Assembly: GCA_963717935.1 (NCBI GenBank)
Contig: CAVQXP010000004.1
Span: forward strand, 800,001-864,000
Direction of reading: 5' to 3'
Source: Candidatus Eiseniibacteriota bacterium
GTDB taxonomy: Bacteria; Eisenbacteria; RBG-16-71-46
Length of the DNA stretch: 64,000 nucleotides
Shown here: one piece after another, positions 1-12,242 of the stretch
Numbering within the stretch: position 1 is the first letter of the stretch
How the letters are laid out: every line of letters starts with the position of its first letter
The notes under the pieces: generated by a model
Database searches by the model: none
Told to the model about the DNA's origin: nothing
The model's input: the letters and a program-made list of their open reading frames with translations, nothing else
Program-made: the position numbers and the translations under genes

Positions 1-2
1 TG

Positions 3-722
3 CGGGTGGCGCCGCCCGCGCCGGCCACCGGGGCCGTGACGGTGGCGCCGGTCGGGGCGCGCGCGGACTCCGCCACGGTGCCCGCCACGCGGCCCCGGTC
101 CGAGCGGCCCGAGAGCATGCGGCTCTTCCCGAGCGCGCCGGAGCCGGGCACGACGCCCAGGCCCGCTCCTGCGCCGCCGCCGGAGCGTCAACCCCGGGAC
201 ACCGCCCGGATCCGCGCGGCGCTGGAGCCACCCGGGCCCGCGCCGGCGCGGGGCGCGCCGGGCGCCGGTGCGGCGGACACCACCGTGCTCCACGGCATCC
301 GTGTCTCGGTGAGGTCCGACACGACTGCCCCTGCGCCCGCGTCCGCGGGCCCCGGCGGCGGGAGCGTGCTGCGGGTCGCGCTGGGCCGCGAGTTGCCCCG
401 CACGGGATCTCCGACGCCCGACTCGGGAGCCTGCGAGTGCAGGGTGAGGGGCACGGTCGAGGTGCGCTCGGACAAGCCGCTCTCCGGCGCTCTCCGGGTG
501 GTCGTTTCGCTCGCGGGGATGCCCGCGGTCCGCGACACGGTGGCGCTCTTCATGGGTCCGCCGCGCCCGTTCGACCTGGGGCGGGTGCCCTGCGGGCGCC
601 ACCGCCTCGACGTGCGGCCCCTCACGGCCCGCCGCTTCACCATGGCGTCGCCCGCGCTGGACGTGTTCGACTGCATGGCCCGGCGCGCGCGGCAGTTCCG
701 CGTGGTGCTCGTCGGCCGATAG
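3..722 (+). CDS. Hypothetical protein, 5'-truncated; Pro/Ala-rich linker then a small Cys-containing beta-rich C-terminal domain
   Basis: Frame is open from the window start to TAG at 720-722. Low-complexity N-part, globular-looking C-part (CECRVRGTVEV...PCGRH). Confidence 0.5.
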   Translation, partial: RVAPPAPATGAVTVAPVGARADSATVPATRPRSERPESMRLFPSAPEPGTTPRPAPAPPPERQPRDTARIRAALEPPGPAPARGAPGAGAADTTVLHGIRVSVRSDTTAPAPASAGPGGGSVLRVALGRELPRTGSPTPDSGACECRVRGTVEVRSDKPLSGALRVVVSLAGMPAVRDTVALFMGPPRPFDLGRVPCGRHRLDVRPLTARRFTMASPALDVFDCMARRARQFRVVLVGR

Positions 723-768
723 GGGACCCGCCTGCCCGCGCCGGAGGACGCGGGCCGCCCGGGCCTGA

Positions 769-797
769 TTGAGCGCGGGCGGACTCCGGGTTAGCCT
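769..797 (+). promoter_or_regulatory. Putative sigma70 promoter, probably leaderless, for rocB
   Basis: TTGAGC (769-774), 17 nt, TAGCCT (792-797); ATG follows at 804 with no SD. Confidence 0.45.
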
Positions 798-803
798 CGG
801 CGC

Positions 804-2393
804 ATGGCCGCCGTTCCTTCCGCCGAGCGCGTGCGCGCGCTCACTGAGCGACTCGTGAGCTTTCCGAGCGTCAGTCCCGACGTGGTGGCCGAGACCACCT
901 GCGCCGCGGCCCTGCGCGCGCTGCTGCCCGCGGGGCTCGAGCAGGGCGAATGGTACGCGCCCGACGGCCGGCCGGTGGTCTGGGCGCGGCTGCGCGGCCG
1001 GGGCGCGGGACCGGGGTCGCGGCGGATGGTGCTCCTGCTCTCGCACTACGACACCGTGGGCGTGGACGAGTTCGCAACGCTCGGCGGGCGGCTCGGCGAC
1101 CGCATCGCCTTCGACCCGGGAGCCCTGCGCGAGCTGTTTCTGAACTACGCGACGGACGCGCTGTCGGCCGGGTCGCATGCGCTGCTCGAGGACCTGGCGG
1201 AGGAGCGGGCGCATCCCGGGAGCTGGATGTTCGGGCGCGGCGCGCTCGACACCAAGAGCGGCATCGCCGCGGGGATCGTGGCGCTCGAAGCCCTGGCGCA
1301 GGACGAAGCGCTCGCCGGGGACGTGTTCTTCATCTCCTGCCCCGACGAGGAGCACGCCTCGGCCGGGATGCTGGCCGCCGTGCCCGAGCTGGCGCGGCTG
1401 AAGCGCGAGGAGGGGCTCGACCTGGTCGGGGGGCTCAACCTCGACATCGCGCCCGAGCCCGTGGCCTACGCCGGCGTCGTGGGCAAGGCGCTCGTCGGTC
1501 TCTACGTGCTGGGCCGGCCCACGCACGCCGCCGCGCCGTTCGAGGGCGTGGACGCCGCGCAGTTGGCCGCCACCATCGTGGCGCGCGCCACCTCGAGCCG
1601 GGAGCTGGTGGACTGCGCGGGCGGGTACGCCGCCGCGCCCCCGGTGGCCCTGCGGATGCGCGACCTCAAGTCGGGCTACAATCTGCAGACCGTCGCGGAG
1701 GCCGAGGTCGAACTCAACTTCATCACCATCACCCGGCCGCTCTCCGAGACCCTCGACGAGTTGCGCCGCGTCGCGCTCGCCGCGCTCGCGGACCTGCTGC
1801 GCTCCATGCAGGAGCTGGCGTCGTGGGCGCAGCCGGGCCGGCCCACGCGATCCGCCCCCGCGGACCCGAACGGACGGGTGCTGCTCTGGCCCGAGTTGCT
1901 CCAGCGTGCGGGTGAGCCGGGAGAGTTGTTCGAGATCAGCGAGGCGCCGGACGCGCGCATCGCCACGCTGGCACGCCTGCGCCACGTCGTGCGCGAGTCG
2001 CGGCTGCCCGGCCCGGCCGTCGTCATCCACCTGCTGCCGCCCTACTATCCCTACGCCGCGCCCGGCGGCGGGCCGCTGGTGCGCGCGACCCGCGACGTGA
2101 TGGCGCGCGAGGGCCTCGAAGTGCGGCCGTTCCACCCGCTCGTCACCGACGCGTCGTACCTCGCGTGGCGCGCCGAGCCGCCCGAGGTGCTCGAGCGCTA
2201 CATGCCGTCCTACGGGCGCGAATACACCCTGCCGCTCGAGGCCATGCGCGCGCTCGACCTGGATGTCGTGAACCTCGGCCCCTGGGGGCGCGATCCGCAT
2301 GGCCGGTTCGAACGTGTGCGCTGCGACTGGACGTTCGGGCGGTTGCCCGGGCTGGTGGCGGAGACCGTGAAGCGCAGCCTGGAGCCGAGATGA
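804..2393 (+). CDS. rocB: M20-family metallopeptidase/deacylase, arginine utilization protein RocB-like
   Basis: Motifs SHYDTVG, GRGALDTKSG, PDEE..SAGM, NLGPWGRDPH...ER; 529 aa. Confidence 0.75.
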   Translation: MAAVPSAERVRALTERLVSFPSVSPDVVAETTCAAALRALLPAGLEQGEWYAPDGRPVVWARLRGRGAGPGSRRMVLLLSHYDTVGVDEFATLGGRLGDRIAFDPGALRELFLNYATDALSAGSHALLEDLAEERAHPGSWMFGRGALDTKSGIAAGIVALEALAQDEALAGDVFFISCPDEEHASAGMLAAVPELARLKREEGLDLVGGLNLDIAPEPVAYAGVVGKALVGLYVLGRPTHAAAPFEGVDAAQLAATIVARATSSRELVDCAGGYAAAPPVALRMRDLKSGYNLQTVAEAEVELNFITITRPLSETLDELRRVALAALADLLRSMQELASWAQPGRPTRSAPADPNGRVLLWPELLQRAGEPGELFEISEAPDARIATLARLRHVVRESRLPGPAVVIHLLPPYYPYAAPGGGPLVRATRDVMAREGLEVRPFHPLVTDASYLAWRAEPPEVLERYMPSYGREYTLPLEAMRALDLDVVNLGPWGRDPHGRFERVRCDWTFGRLPGLVAETVKRSLEPR

Positions 2394-3271
2394 GCGGGAC
2401 GAACGCGTCCATCCCCGCGCGCCCGGCGGAGAGCGTCATCCCACGCTGGCTCCGGCCCTGGCGGCTCGCGCACGGCGTCGCGGCGGGCGTGTTCGAGCAC
2501 CAGTCCACGGGTTCGGCCGCGCAGATCGCCTACTTCCTGCTCTTCGCCACGTTCCCGTTCCTGCTCACGCTCGCGAGTCTGCTCGCGTTCCTGCCCATCC
2601 CGGGCCTCATGGAGTGGCTCCTGCGCCTGCTGGGCGAGGTCGTCCCGCCGGCCGCGGTGGACCTGATGCGGAACAGCGTCGAGCGCCTGGTGACCCGCCA
2701 GCGCAGCGGGCTGCTCTCGGCCGGGATCGTGGTCTCGGTCTGGGCCGCGGCGAACGCGGTCGAATCCTTCATGCAGGCGCTCAACCGCGTCTACGGGCTG
2801 CGCGAGCACCGGCCGTTCTGGAAGACGCGCGGCATCGCCATCCTGCTGGCGGTGGGCGTCTCGCTCTTCACCGTGCTGGGGTTGATCGCGCTCTGGTTCG
2901 GCTCGCAGGTGAGCCACTGGTGGGCCGGCCGCGGCGGGCTGGGGCCGCTGCCGGTGCAGGTCTGGGACGTGGCGCGCTGGCCGCTCGTGCTGCTGTTCCT
3001 CATCGGGGCGATCGACCAGCTCTACTTCATCGGCCCGGCCGTGCGACAGCGCTGGCGCTGGGTCACGCCGGGGGCCGTCGTCGCGGTGCTCGGCTGGGTC
3101 GCGGCCTCGCTCGGCTTCTCCGCCTACGTCCGCCACTTCGGCTCGTACAACGCCACCTACGGCAGCATCGGTGCCGTCATCATCCTGCTCACCTGGATGT
3201 ACCTGACCGCGTTCTTCGTCCTGCTGGGAGCGGAGGTCAACGCGGCGGCAGGCGAGCGGGAGACGGGCTAG
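2390..3271 (+). CDS. YihY/virulence factor BrkB family membrane protein
   Basis: AAQIAYFLLFATFP, ALNRVY, YNATYGSIGAVIILLTWMY; ATGA overlap with the rocB stop. Confidence 0.88.
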   Translation: MSGTNASIPARPAESVIPRWLRPWRLAHGVAAGVFEHQSTGSAAQIAYFLLFATFPFLLTLASLLAFLPIPGLMEWLLRLLGEVVPPAAVDLMRNSVERLVTRQRSGLLSAGIVVSVWAAANAVESFMQALNRVYGLREHRPFWKTRGIAILLAVGVSLFTVLGLIALWFGSQVSHWWAGRGGLGPLPVQVWDVARWPLVLLFLIGAIDQLYFIGPAVRQRWRWVTPGAVVAVLGWVAASLGFSAYVRHFGSYNATYGSIGAVIILLTWMYLTAFFVLLGAEVNAAAGERETG

Positions 3272-4500
3272 CCCCCGGCGGGACCGCTGTCGCCGTCCGC
3301 CACCCGCCGGTAGACCGCTTCGAGCCGCGACACCACCGCCTCGCGGCCGTAACGCTCGAGGGTCCGGCGGCGGATCTGCTCCGCGTCGTAGTTGCGCCCG
3401 TTCTCGAACATGAAGCGCAGCGCTCCGGCGATCCCCTCGAGGTCGCCCACGCCCAGGAGCACGCCGCTCTCCGCCGTGACGATGGTCTCGGGTCCGCCGC
3501 AGCGCGTGGCGACGACGGGCTTGCCCGAGGCGCCGGCCTCGACGAACACGATGCCGAACGACTCGTGCCGGCTCGTGAGCACGAAGCAGTCGCAGCGCGC
3601 GAACTCCTCGCGGGTCCGCTCGCGCGGCAACTGCCCGAGCCAGGTGATGTACGAGTCCACCCGCAACTCCCGGGCCTCGCGCCGGTGGCGCGCGAGCAGC
3701 GGGCCGTCACCGGCGATGCGGAAGCGGACCCGCGGGCGGTCGCGTTCGGGCAGATCTCCGATGAACCGCGCGGCGCCCTTGAGCAGATCGCTCACGCCCT
3801 TCAGCGGGTCCATGGCGCAGAGCGTGAAGAAGGTGAAGTGCCCGGGGTCGGGGGGTGCCTCGCTCCGATAGAGCCGCTCATCCACGAGATTGGGGATGAA
3901 CTCGGGCTCGGGCAGGCCGAAGCCCGCGATGGTCCTGGCGAGCATCGGGCCCACGGCGATGCGCGCGGCGGCGCGCTCGAGCGGTTCCCGCAGGATGCTC
4001 TTGAGCCGGCCGTCGCGCCGCGCGTAGACCGGGAGCGGGAAGGGCCCCATGTGCTCGGTCAGGACGTAGGGGACGCCGGTCTCCGCGCTCAGCTTCATCG
4101 CGAGCCAGCCGGCGGGGTAGGAGACGTGCGCGTGCAGAACGTCCAACGGGCCGAAGCGCCGGGCGGCGCGCTCGAGGTTGCGGCGGTTGGCGTCCAGCAG
4201 GGCCCCCCGGTTGCCGCCGAAGGCGCGCTCGGGCCACCACAGCGCGGGGGTCATGAACTCGGCCAGGTTGGGTGCGAGTTCGCGCTCCCCGGGCCGCAGC
4301 GCCAGCGCGTCGAAGACGCAGCGTGGCGACTTGAGCAGGTGCGCGGTCGAGACGAACCCCTCGCCCTGGCCCCACAGGCTCAGGCCCACCTTCCAGTCCG
4401 GCCGGGTCGAGGCGATGGCCGCGGCCTGCTCGACCAGGAAACTGCCCTCCCAGGGGAAGCAGCGGTGCGGGTACCAGGATGGGATGATGAAGAGGTTCAT
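3268..4500 (-). CDS. Glycosyltransferase family 4 (GT-B)
   Basis: Starts MNLFIIPSWYP; HAH, TEH, KG and ESFGIVFVEAGASGKPVVATRCGG motifs. Real start is ATG at 4500, not 5241. Confidence 0.9.
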   Translation of the reverse strand: MNLFIIPSWYPHRCFPWEGSFLVEQAAAIASTRPDWKVGLSLWGQGEGFVSTAHLLKSPRCVFDALALRPGERELAPNLAEFMTPALWWPERAFGGNRGALLDANRRNLERAARRFGPLDVLHAHVSYPAGWLAMKLSAETGVPYVLTEHMGPFPLPVYARRDGRLKSILREPLERAAARIAVGPMLARTIAGFGLPEPEFIPNLVDERLYRSEAPPDPGHFTFFTLCAMDPLKGVSDLLKGAARFIGDLPERDRPRVRFRIAGDGPLLARHRREARELRVDSYITWLGQLPRERTREEFARCDCFVLTSRHESFGIVFVEAGASGKPVVATRCGGPETIVTAESGVLLGVGDLEGIAGALRFMFENGRNYDAEQIRRRTLERYGREAVVSRLEAVYRRVADGDSGPAGG

Positions 4501-5066
4501 GAGGGCTTCGTCCCCCGGGAGTGCGTCCGCCGGGCGCTTCCGCCCGCGGGCCGCTGCAGCGACCCTCCGCTCGCCCGGACCCGGCCCGCCGGCCGCCCCA
4601 GCAGCTTCGTCACCTCGAGGGCCGCCGCCAGCGGGCCGCCGCGCAGGACCTGGCGCTTCACGTCTTCGAGCCCGCGGCGCTGCGATTCCCAGAGATAGCG
4701 CCCGCCGGCCTCGGCCGCCGGCAGGAAGGCCGAGGCCGTGTGCTCGCGGGACAGCCGCACGGTGTCGTGCGGTTGGACCTCGGCGGCGAACCGGGGATAG
4801 GTCCGCACCCGGTCGCGGGCCGTGTCGTAGAAGATCGTCGGAGCCTCCAGCGCCCACCAGCGGAGCGGCACGAGCCCGGTCTCCTCGCGGACCTCGCGAA
4901 CGGCCGCGGCCAGACCGCTCTCGCGCGGCCGGCGCCGGCCGGTCACGGGCTGCCAGACCCCGGGCAGGAAGCGGACACGGCCCCGGCGCAGGCAGAGGAA
5001 CTCCACCCGGCGGCCCCGGCGCCGGAAGACGTAGACCTCGCTGAAGGCGCTGCGCGAGTCGGACAC
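4497..5066 (-). CDS. NUDIX hydrolase (NudB/dihydroneopterin triphosphate pyrophosphatase-like)
   Basis: Nudix box GRRRPRESGLAAAVREVREETGL, WQPVTG, LSREH. Probable GTG start at 5066; stop overlaps the GT4 start. Confidence 0.8.
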   Translation of the reverse strand: MSDSRSAFSEVYVFRRRGRRVEFLCLRRGRVRFLPGVWQPVTGRRRPRESGLAAAVREVREETGLVPLRWWALEAPTIFYDTARDRVRTYPRFAAEVQPHDTVRLSREHTASAFLPAAEAGGRYLWESQRRGLEDVKRQVLRGGPLAAALEVTKLLGRPAGRVRASGGSLQRPAGGSARRTHSRGTKPS

Positions 5067-5221
5067 GATCGCGCAGCATAGGCCGTCGCTCGCCCGGTGG
5101 CCAACCGCCGTGTTCCGCGGGCTCGGCCCCACGATCCGGGGCCGCGGTGGGGCCCGCGTGTCGCCCCGGCGCCGCCGGGGCCCCGAAACTCGCGCAAGGC
5201 GTTCTGCGCGGGCCGATTCGT

Positions 5222-5251
5222 TTGACCGGAGCCTGAGGCATTGTCTAGATT
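5222..5251 (+). promoter_or_regulatory. Putative sigma70 promoter of the atp operon
   Basis: TTGACC (5222-5227), 18 nt, TAGATT (5246-5251) in an AT-richer patch about 80 nt before the first atp gene. Confidence 0.5.
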
Positions 5252-5329
5252 GCTTCGTCCGGTCTGGCGCGCGTCGATGCGACGCGCCGTCGCCGCGATC
5301 ATGAGAAGGGTCTCACCGGGGTGGGTCCG

Positions 5330-5587
5330 ATGGCGAAGCCGCTGGGAGAGGATACCTATTCAGCGCTTCGTTCCACCGGCCTCCTGCTGGCCATCCCCAC
5401 CCTGCTGATCGTCTCACCTCTTGCCGGGTTCTTCCTCGGTGTCTGGCTGGATCGATGGCTTCACACTCATCCCTGGCTCTCGATCGTGGGCCTGACGCTG
5501 GGTTTCGTGGCCGCCGGTCGCGAGACCTGGCTGATCTACCGCCGCACGCTCGAGGCCGAGGAGCGGCAGAAGAGGAAGGAGAAGTGA
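5330..5587 (+). CDS. atpZ: AtpZ/AtpI 'gene 1' family small membrane protein
   Basis: Two TM helices with G..LG.WLD.W..T.PW..I.G..LG pattern; first gene of the atp operon. Confidence 0.82.
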   Translation: MAKPLGEDTYSALRSTGLLLAIPTLLIVSPLAGFFLGVWLDRWLHTHPWLSIVGLTLGFVAAGRETWLIYRRTLEAEERQKRKEK

Positions 5588-5612
5588 AGCGCTCCTGACC
5601 GGGCGCTCCGCC

Positions 5613-6947
5613 ATGGGCCTCGAATTCCTTGCACGCGTCCGCAACGGCGCACTGTGGTGGACCGCGCTCGCCGCCCTGATGGTGGCGAACTATGCGGGCT
5701 GGCACACGGGCCTGGGACTGGCGGCCGGGGCGGCCTGGTCGCTGGCGAACCTCTGGTCGCTCGAGCGCCTGATCGTGTCCGTCACCGGCCCCGGGCACCG
5801 CACCCGGACCGCCGCGCGCCGCGCCGGTTGGTGGCTGGCGGGGATGCTCGCGCTCTTCGGCGCCGGCGCGCTCCTGCTGATGGGCCTGCCGCCGGCGGCG
5901 CTGGTCGCGGGCTTCCTCGTGCCGTACGCGGTCATGATGTTCAAGGCGGCCGCGGCGCTGCTGCTCGGCTCGTCGTCGTGGGCGCGCCTGACTCGCTCGC
6001 CGTGGCGCTCGCTCGCGCTGGTGCTCGGGGTCGCGGTGCTGGCCTGGGCCGTGACGGCCTCGCTGCCCTCGCTCGGCGGCGCCAGCCCGGCGCACGAGCC
6101 GCAGGCGGCCGCACCCGGGGCCGGCCACGTCACGGGGCCCGCCGCGGAGTCCGGGGGCTCGGGCCCCGAGAAGTTCGCGAACGTCATCAGCGTGCTGGTC
6201 AAGGCCAATCCCGGGGCGGGCTGGGCGCACTGGCTCCACCGCTTCGAGCCGGTCCTCTTCGCGCTGTTCGTCGCCCTCGTGCTCTCCCTGATCGCCTTCC
6301 TGGCCACTCGGAACAGGCAGTGGGTCCCGGGGCCGCTCCAGAACGGCGTCGAGTACGCCGTGGAGATGCTCTACGACTTCGTGGTCGGCATCCTGGGACC
6401 GAAGTACGGGCCCCGCTACGTGCCCTACCTCGGCACGCTCTTCGTCTACATCCTGGCGATGAACCTGTTCGGGCTCATCCCGTTCATGGATTCGCCCACC
6501 TCGAGCCTCAACGTCACCGTGGGGCTCGCGCTCTGCACCTTCCTCTACGTGCAGTACACCGGCATCCGGGAGCTGGGGGCGCTGGGCTACGTCGACCACA
6601 TGGCGGGCAACCCGCGCTCGGCGATCTCCTGGTGCATGGTGCCCATCATGCTGCCGGTGCACGTGATCGGCGAGCTGGCGAAGCCGGTTTCGCTGTCGTG
6701 CCGTCTCTTCGGCAACGTGTTCGGCGAGGACATGCTGCTGGTCGCCTTCACCTCGCTCGGCGTGGCGACGCTGTCGTTCGTGCACTCGCCCGTCGGCATC
6801 CCGTGGCAGTTCCCGTTCCTGGTCCTGGCGCTGCTCACCAGCACCATCCAGGCACTGGTCTTCACCGTGCTCAGCACGATCTACCTTCTCCTCATGCTCC
6901 CGCACGAAGAACACGGGCGCGAGGAGGCGTCCCAGCCCGCCCACTAA
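5613..6947 (+). CDS. atpB: ATP synthase Fo subunit a with N-terminal AtpI-like multi-TM extension
   Basis: PGPLQN, NLFGLIP, PTSSLN, KPVSLSCRLFGN (essential Arg), IQALVF. 444 aa, far longer than a typical subunit a. Confidence 0.93.
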   Translation: MGLEFLARVRNGALWWTALAALMVANYAGWHTGLGLAAGAAWSLANLWSLERLIVSVTGPGHRTRTAARRAGWWLAGMLALFGAGALLLMGLPPAALVAGFLVPYAVMMFKAAAALLLGSSSWARLTRSPWRSLALVLGVAVLAWAVTASLPSLGGASPAHEPQAAAPGAGHVTGPAAESGGSGPEKFANVISVLVKANPGAGWAHWLHRFEPVLFALFVALVLSLIAFLATRNRQWVPGPLQNGVEYAVEMLYDFVVGILGPKYGPRYVPYLGTLFVYILAMNLFGLIPFMDSPTSSLNVTVGLALCTFLYVQYTGIRELGALGYVDHMAGNPRSAISWCMVPIMLPVHVIGELAKPVSLSCRLFGNVFGEDMLLVAFTSLGVATLSFVHSPVGIPWQFPFLVLALLTSTIQALVFTVLSTIYLLLMLPHEEHGREEASQPAH

Positions 6948-6964
6948 GTCCGGAGGAACCGACC

Positions 6965-7198
6965 ATGGATTTCCGTTCCGCACTCAGCTTCGCTCTTCCG
7001 CTCGGCATCGCCATCGCCGCCATCGGCTCGGGCATCGGTCTCGGCATGATCGGCCAGGGCGCGATGCAGGCGATCGGCCGGCAGCCGGAGGCCGCGGCGA
7101 AGATCCAGCTCGCCATGATCATCATCGCCGGCCTGGCCGAGGCGCTCACGATCTACGCGTTCGTGACCATGTTCGTGCTGTCGGGCAAGATCGGCTGA
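6965..7198 (+). CDS. atpE: ATP synthase Fo subunit c
   Basis: GSGIGLG, RQPE loop, GLAEAL ion-binding Glu; GGAGG SD upstream. Confidence 0.96.
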   Translation: MDFRSALSFALPLGIAIAAIGSGIGLGMIGQGAMQAIGRQPEAAAKIQLAMIIIAGLAEALTIYAFVTMFVLSGKIG

Positions 7199-7229
7199 GA
7201 GACCACCGCGCGCTGCCGAAGGAGCCCGC

Positions 7230-7799
7230 ATGAGAACGTTCTGGACGACGCTGACGATCACGCTGCTCGCCACCCTGCCGGCCGCTGCCCGGGCCGCGTC
7301 GGGTGAGGCGAAGCCCCTGATCGATCTGCCGCTGGTCCTCACCCAGGTCCTCGGCTTCCTGATCCTGCTGTGGGTGCTGCGCGCCTTCGCCTGGGGGCCG
7401 CTCATCGGCCTGCTCGAAGAGCGCCGCCGCAGGATCGCCGGCGAGTTCGAGGAGGCGGAGCGCCGCAAGGCGGACGCCGACGCCCTCAAGGCCCGCTACG
7501 AGCTGGACCTGAAGGGGATCGAGGCCCAGGCCCGCCAGCGCATCCTGGAGGCGGTCACCGAAGGCCAGCGGGTGGCGGCCGAGATCAAGACGCAGGCGCA
7601 CGCCGATGCCGCGGCGCGGCTCGCCCGGGCGGACGAGGAGATCGTCCACGAGCGCGAGAAGGCCCGCGAGGTGCTCAAACAGCAGGTCGCCGCGCTCTCG
7701 ATCCGCACGGCGGAGAAGATCCTGCGCGAGAAGCTCGACAGCCCCGCCCAGCGGCGGCTGGTCGAACGCTTCATCGACGAGGTGGACACGCGGTCATGA
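7230..7799 (+). CDS. atpF: ATP synthase Fo subunit b
   Basis: TM FLILLWVLRAFAWGP..LEERR followed by a long charged helix; operon position. Confidence 0.93.
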   Translation: MRTFWTTLTITLLATLPAAARAASGEAKPLIDLPLVLTQVLGFLILLWVLRAFAWGPLIGLLEERRRRIAGEFEEAERRKADADALKARYELDLKGIEAQARQRILEAVTEGQRVAAEIKTQAHADAAARLARADEEIVHEREKAREVLKQQVAALSIRTAEKILREKLDSPAQRRLVERFIDEVDTRS

Positions 7800-8353
7800 G
7801 ACAGGCCGACCTCGCCGCCGAGCGCTACGCCCGCGCCCTGTTCATGGTCGCCAGGCGCCGCGGCGAGATCTTCGAGGCGCTCGAGGACCTCAAGCACCTG
7901 CTCGCGCTGGTCCGCGAGGACCCGCGCCTGGACGCCTACCTGGCTTCGCCGCTGGTGCCGCTCGCGCGCAAGCGCGCGCTGCTCAAGTCGGCGCTGACGT
8001 CGCGCGTGCTCGCGTCGGTGGCGAGCTTCATGGACCTGCTGCTGCGCAAGAAGCGGTTGGGGCTGTTCCCCGCCGCGGTGGACGAGTACGAGAAGCAGGT
8101 GAGGACCTGGCAGGGCCTGCAGGCGGCCGAGGCGGTGAGCGCCGTGCCGCTCACGAACGACGAGCGGAAGCGCCTGCACGCCCGGCTCGAGCGCGCGACC
8201 GGGCTCACGATCGAGCTCAAGACCCGCGTGGACCCGGCCCTGGTCGGCGGCCTGTACGTGCGCATCGGCGACCGCGTCATGGACCGCTCGGTGAAGGGCC
8301 TGCTCCAGTCGCTGCAGGACCGGTTCTTCGAGGTCAGTCTCCAGACACCGTAG
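7796..8353 (+). CDS. atpH: ATP synthase F1 subunit delta
   Basis: ERYARALF, SAVPL, VDPALVGG..RIGDRVMDRSV; ATGA overlap with atpF. Confidence 0.93.
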   Translation: MRQADLAAERYARALFMVARRRGEIFEALEDLKHLLALVREDPRLDAYLASPLVPLARKRALLKSALTSRVLASVASFMDLLLRKKRLGLFPAAVDEYEKQVRTWQGLQAAEAVSAVPLTNDERKRLHARLERATGLTIELKTRVDPALVGGLYVRIGDRVMDRSVKGLLQSLQDRFFEVSLQTP

Positions 8354-8392
8354 AGAAGACGTCCCTCACACCATCCATCGGGGTTGGCACCC

Positions 8393-9901
<1,509 letters not shown>

Positions 9902-9904
9902 GCC

Positions 9905-10765
9905 ATGGCCTCGCTCAAGGTCCTCCGGCGGCGCATCCGCTCGGTCACCAGCACCCGGCAGATCACCAAGGCCATGGAGATGGTGGCCGCGGCGAAGCTG
10001 CGCCGCGCGCAGGCGCGGGCGCTGGCCACGCGGCCCTACGCCATCCAGCTGACCGGGATGCTCGAGAGCCTGGCCGCCGTGGCGCGCGAGCAGGAGTTGC
10101 CGCTGTTCGCCACGCGCGAGGTGAAGCGGACGGCGCTGGTGCTGATCAGCTCGAACCGCGGGCTGTGCGGGGGGTTCAACACGAACCTGTTCCGCGCGGC
10201 CGAGGAGCGCCTGCGGGCCGCCGAGCCTGGCAGCCTCGCGCTCGTGGTCGTGGGCCGCAAGGGGCGCGACTTCTTCCGGCGGCGCACCTGGCCGGTGCTC
10301 GCGACCTTCGCGGACCTCGGGGACGACGTGGGCGTCGAGTCCGCGCGGCGCGTGACCGCCGACCTGCTCGAGCGCTTCGAGACCGGCGCCGTGGACAGGG
10401 TCGAGATCCTCTACACGCGCTTCCACTCGGCGCTGCGCCGCGAGGTGACGTTCGAGACGTTCCTGCCGATCGGCGCCGGGCCGGCGGCCGGCGAACCGGC
10501 GGGCGCGCGCGACATCATCTTCGAGCCCGGCCTCGAATCCATTTTCGCGGCGCTGCTGCCGCGCTTCGCCAGCGCCCGGATGCTCGCCGCGCTGGCCGAT
10601 TCGCGCGCCAGCGAGGAGGGCGCGCGGATGACGGCGATGGGGGCGGCCAACAAGAACGCGGGCGAGTTGCTCGACCTGCTGGTCCTGCAGCGGAACCGCC
10701 TGCGCCAGAGCATGATCACGCGGGAGATCCTGGACATCGTCGGTGGCGCCGAAGCGCTGAAATAG
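9905..10765 (+). CDS. atpG: ATP synthase F1 subunit gamma
   Basis: ITKAMEMVAAAK, RGLCGGFN, RQSMITREILDIVGGA. Confidence 0.97.
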   Translation: MASLKVLRRRIRSVTSTRQITKAMEMVAAAKLRRAQARALATRPYAIQLTGMLESLAAVAREQELPLFATREVKRTALVLISSNRGLCGGFNTNLFRAAEERLRAAEPGSLALVVVGRKGRDFFRRRTWPVLATFADLGDDVGVESARRVTADLLERFETGAVDRVEILYTRFHSALRREVTFETFLPIGAGPAAGEPAGARDIIFEPGLESIFAALLPRFASARMLAALADSRASEEGARMTAMGAANKNAGELLDLLVLQRNRLRQSMITREILDIVGGAEALK

Positions 10766-12217
<1,452 letters not shown>

Positions 12218-12242
12218 GCACGCCGGGAGCACGGAGCTGACC

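Noticed and set aside
6965..7198. Na+-coupled ATP synthase or N-ATPase
   Set aside because: The c subunit has GIGLG and EAL, lacking the Gln and E-S/T Na+ ligands. Gene order is canonical with a separate delta. H+ coupling is likely.
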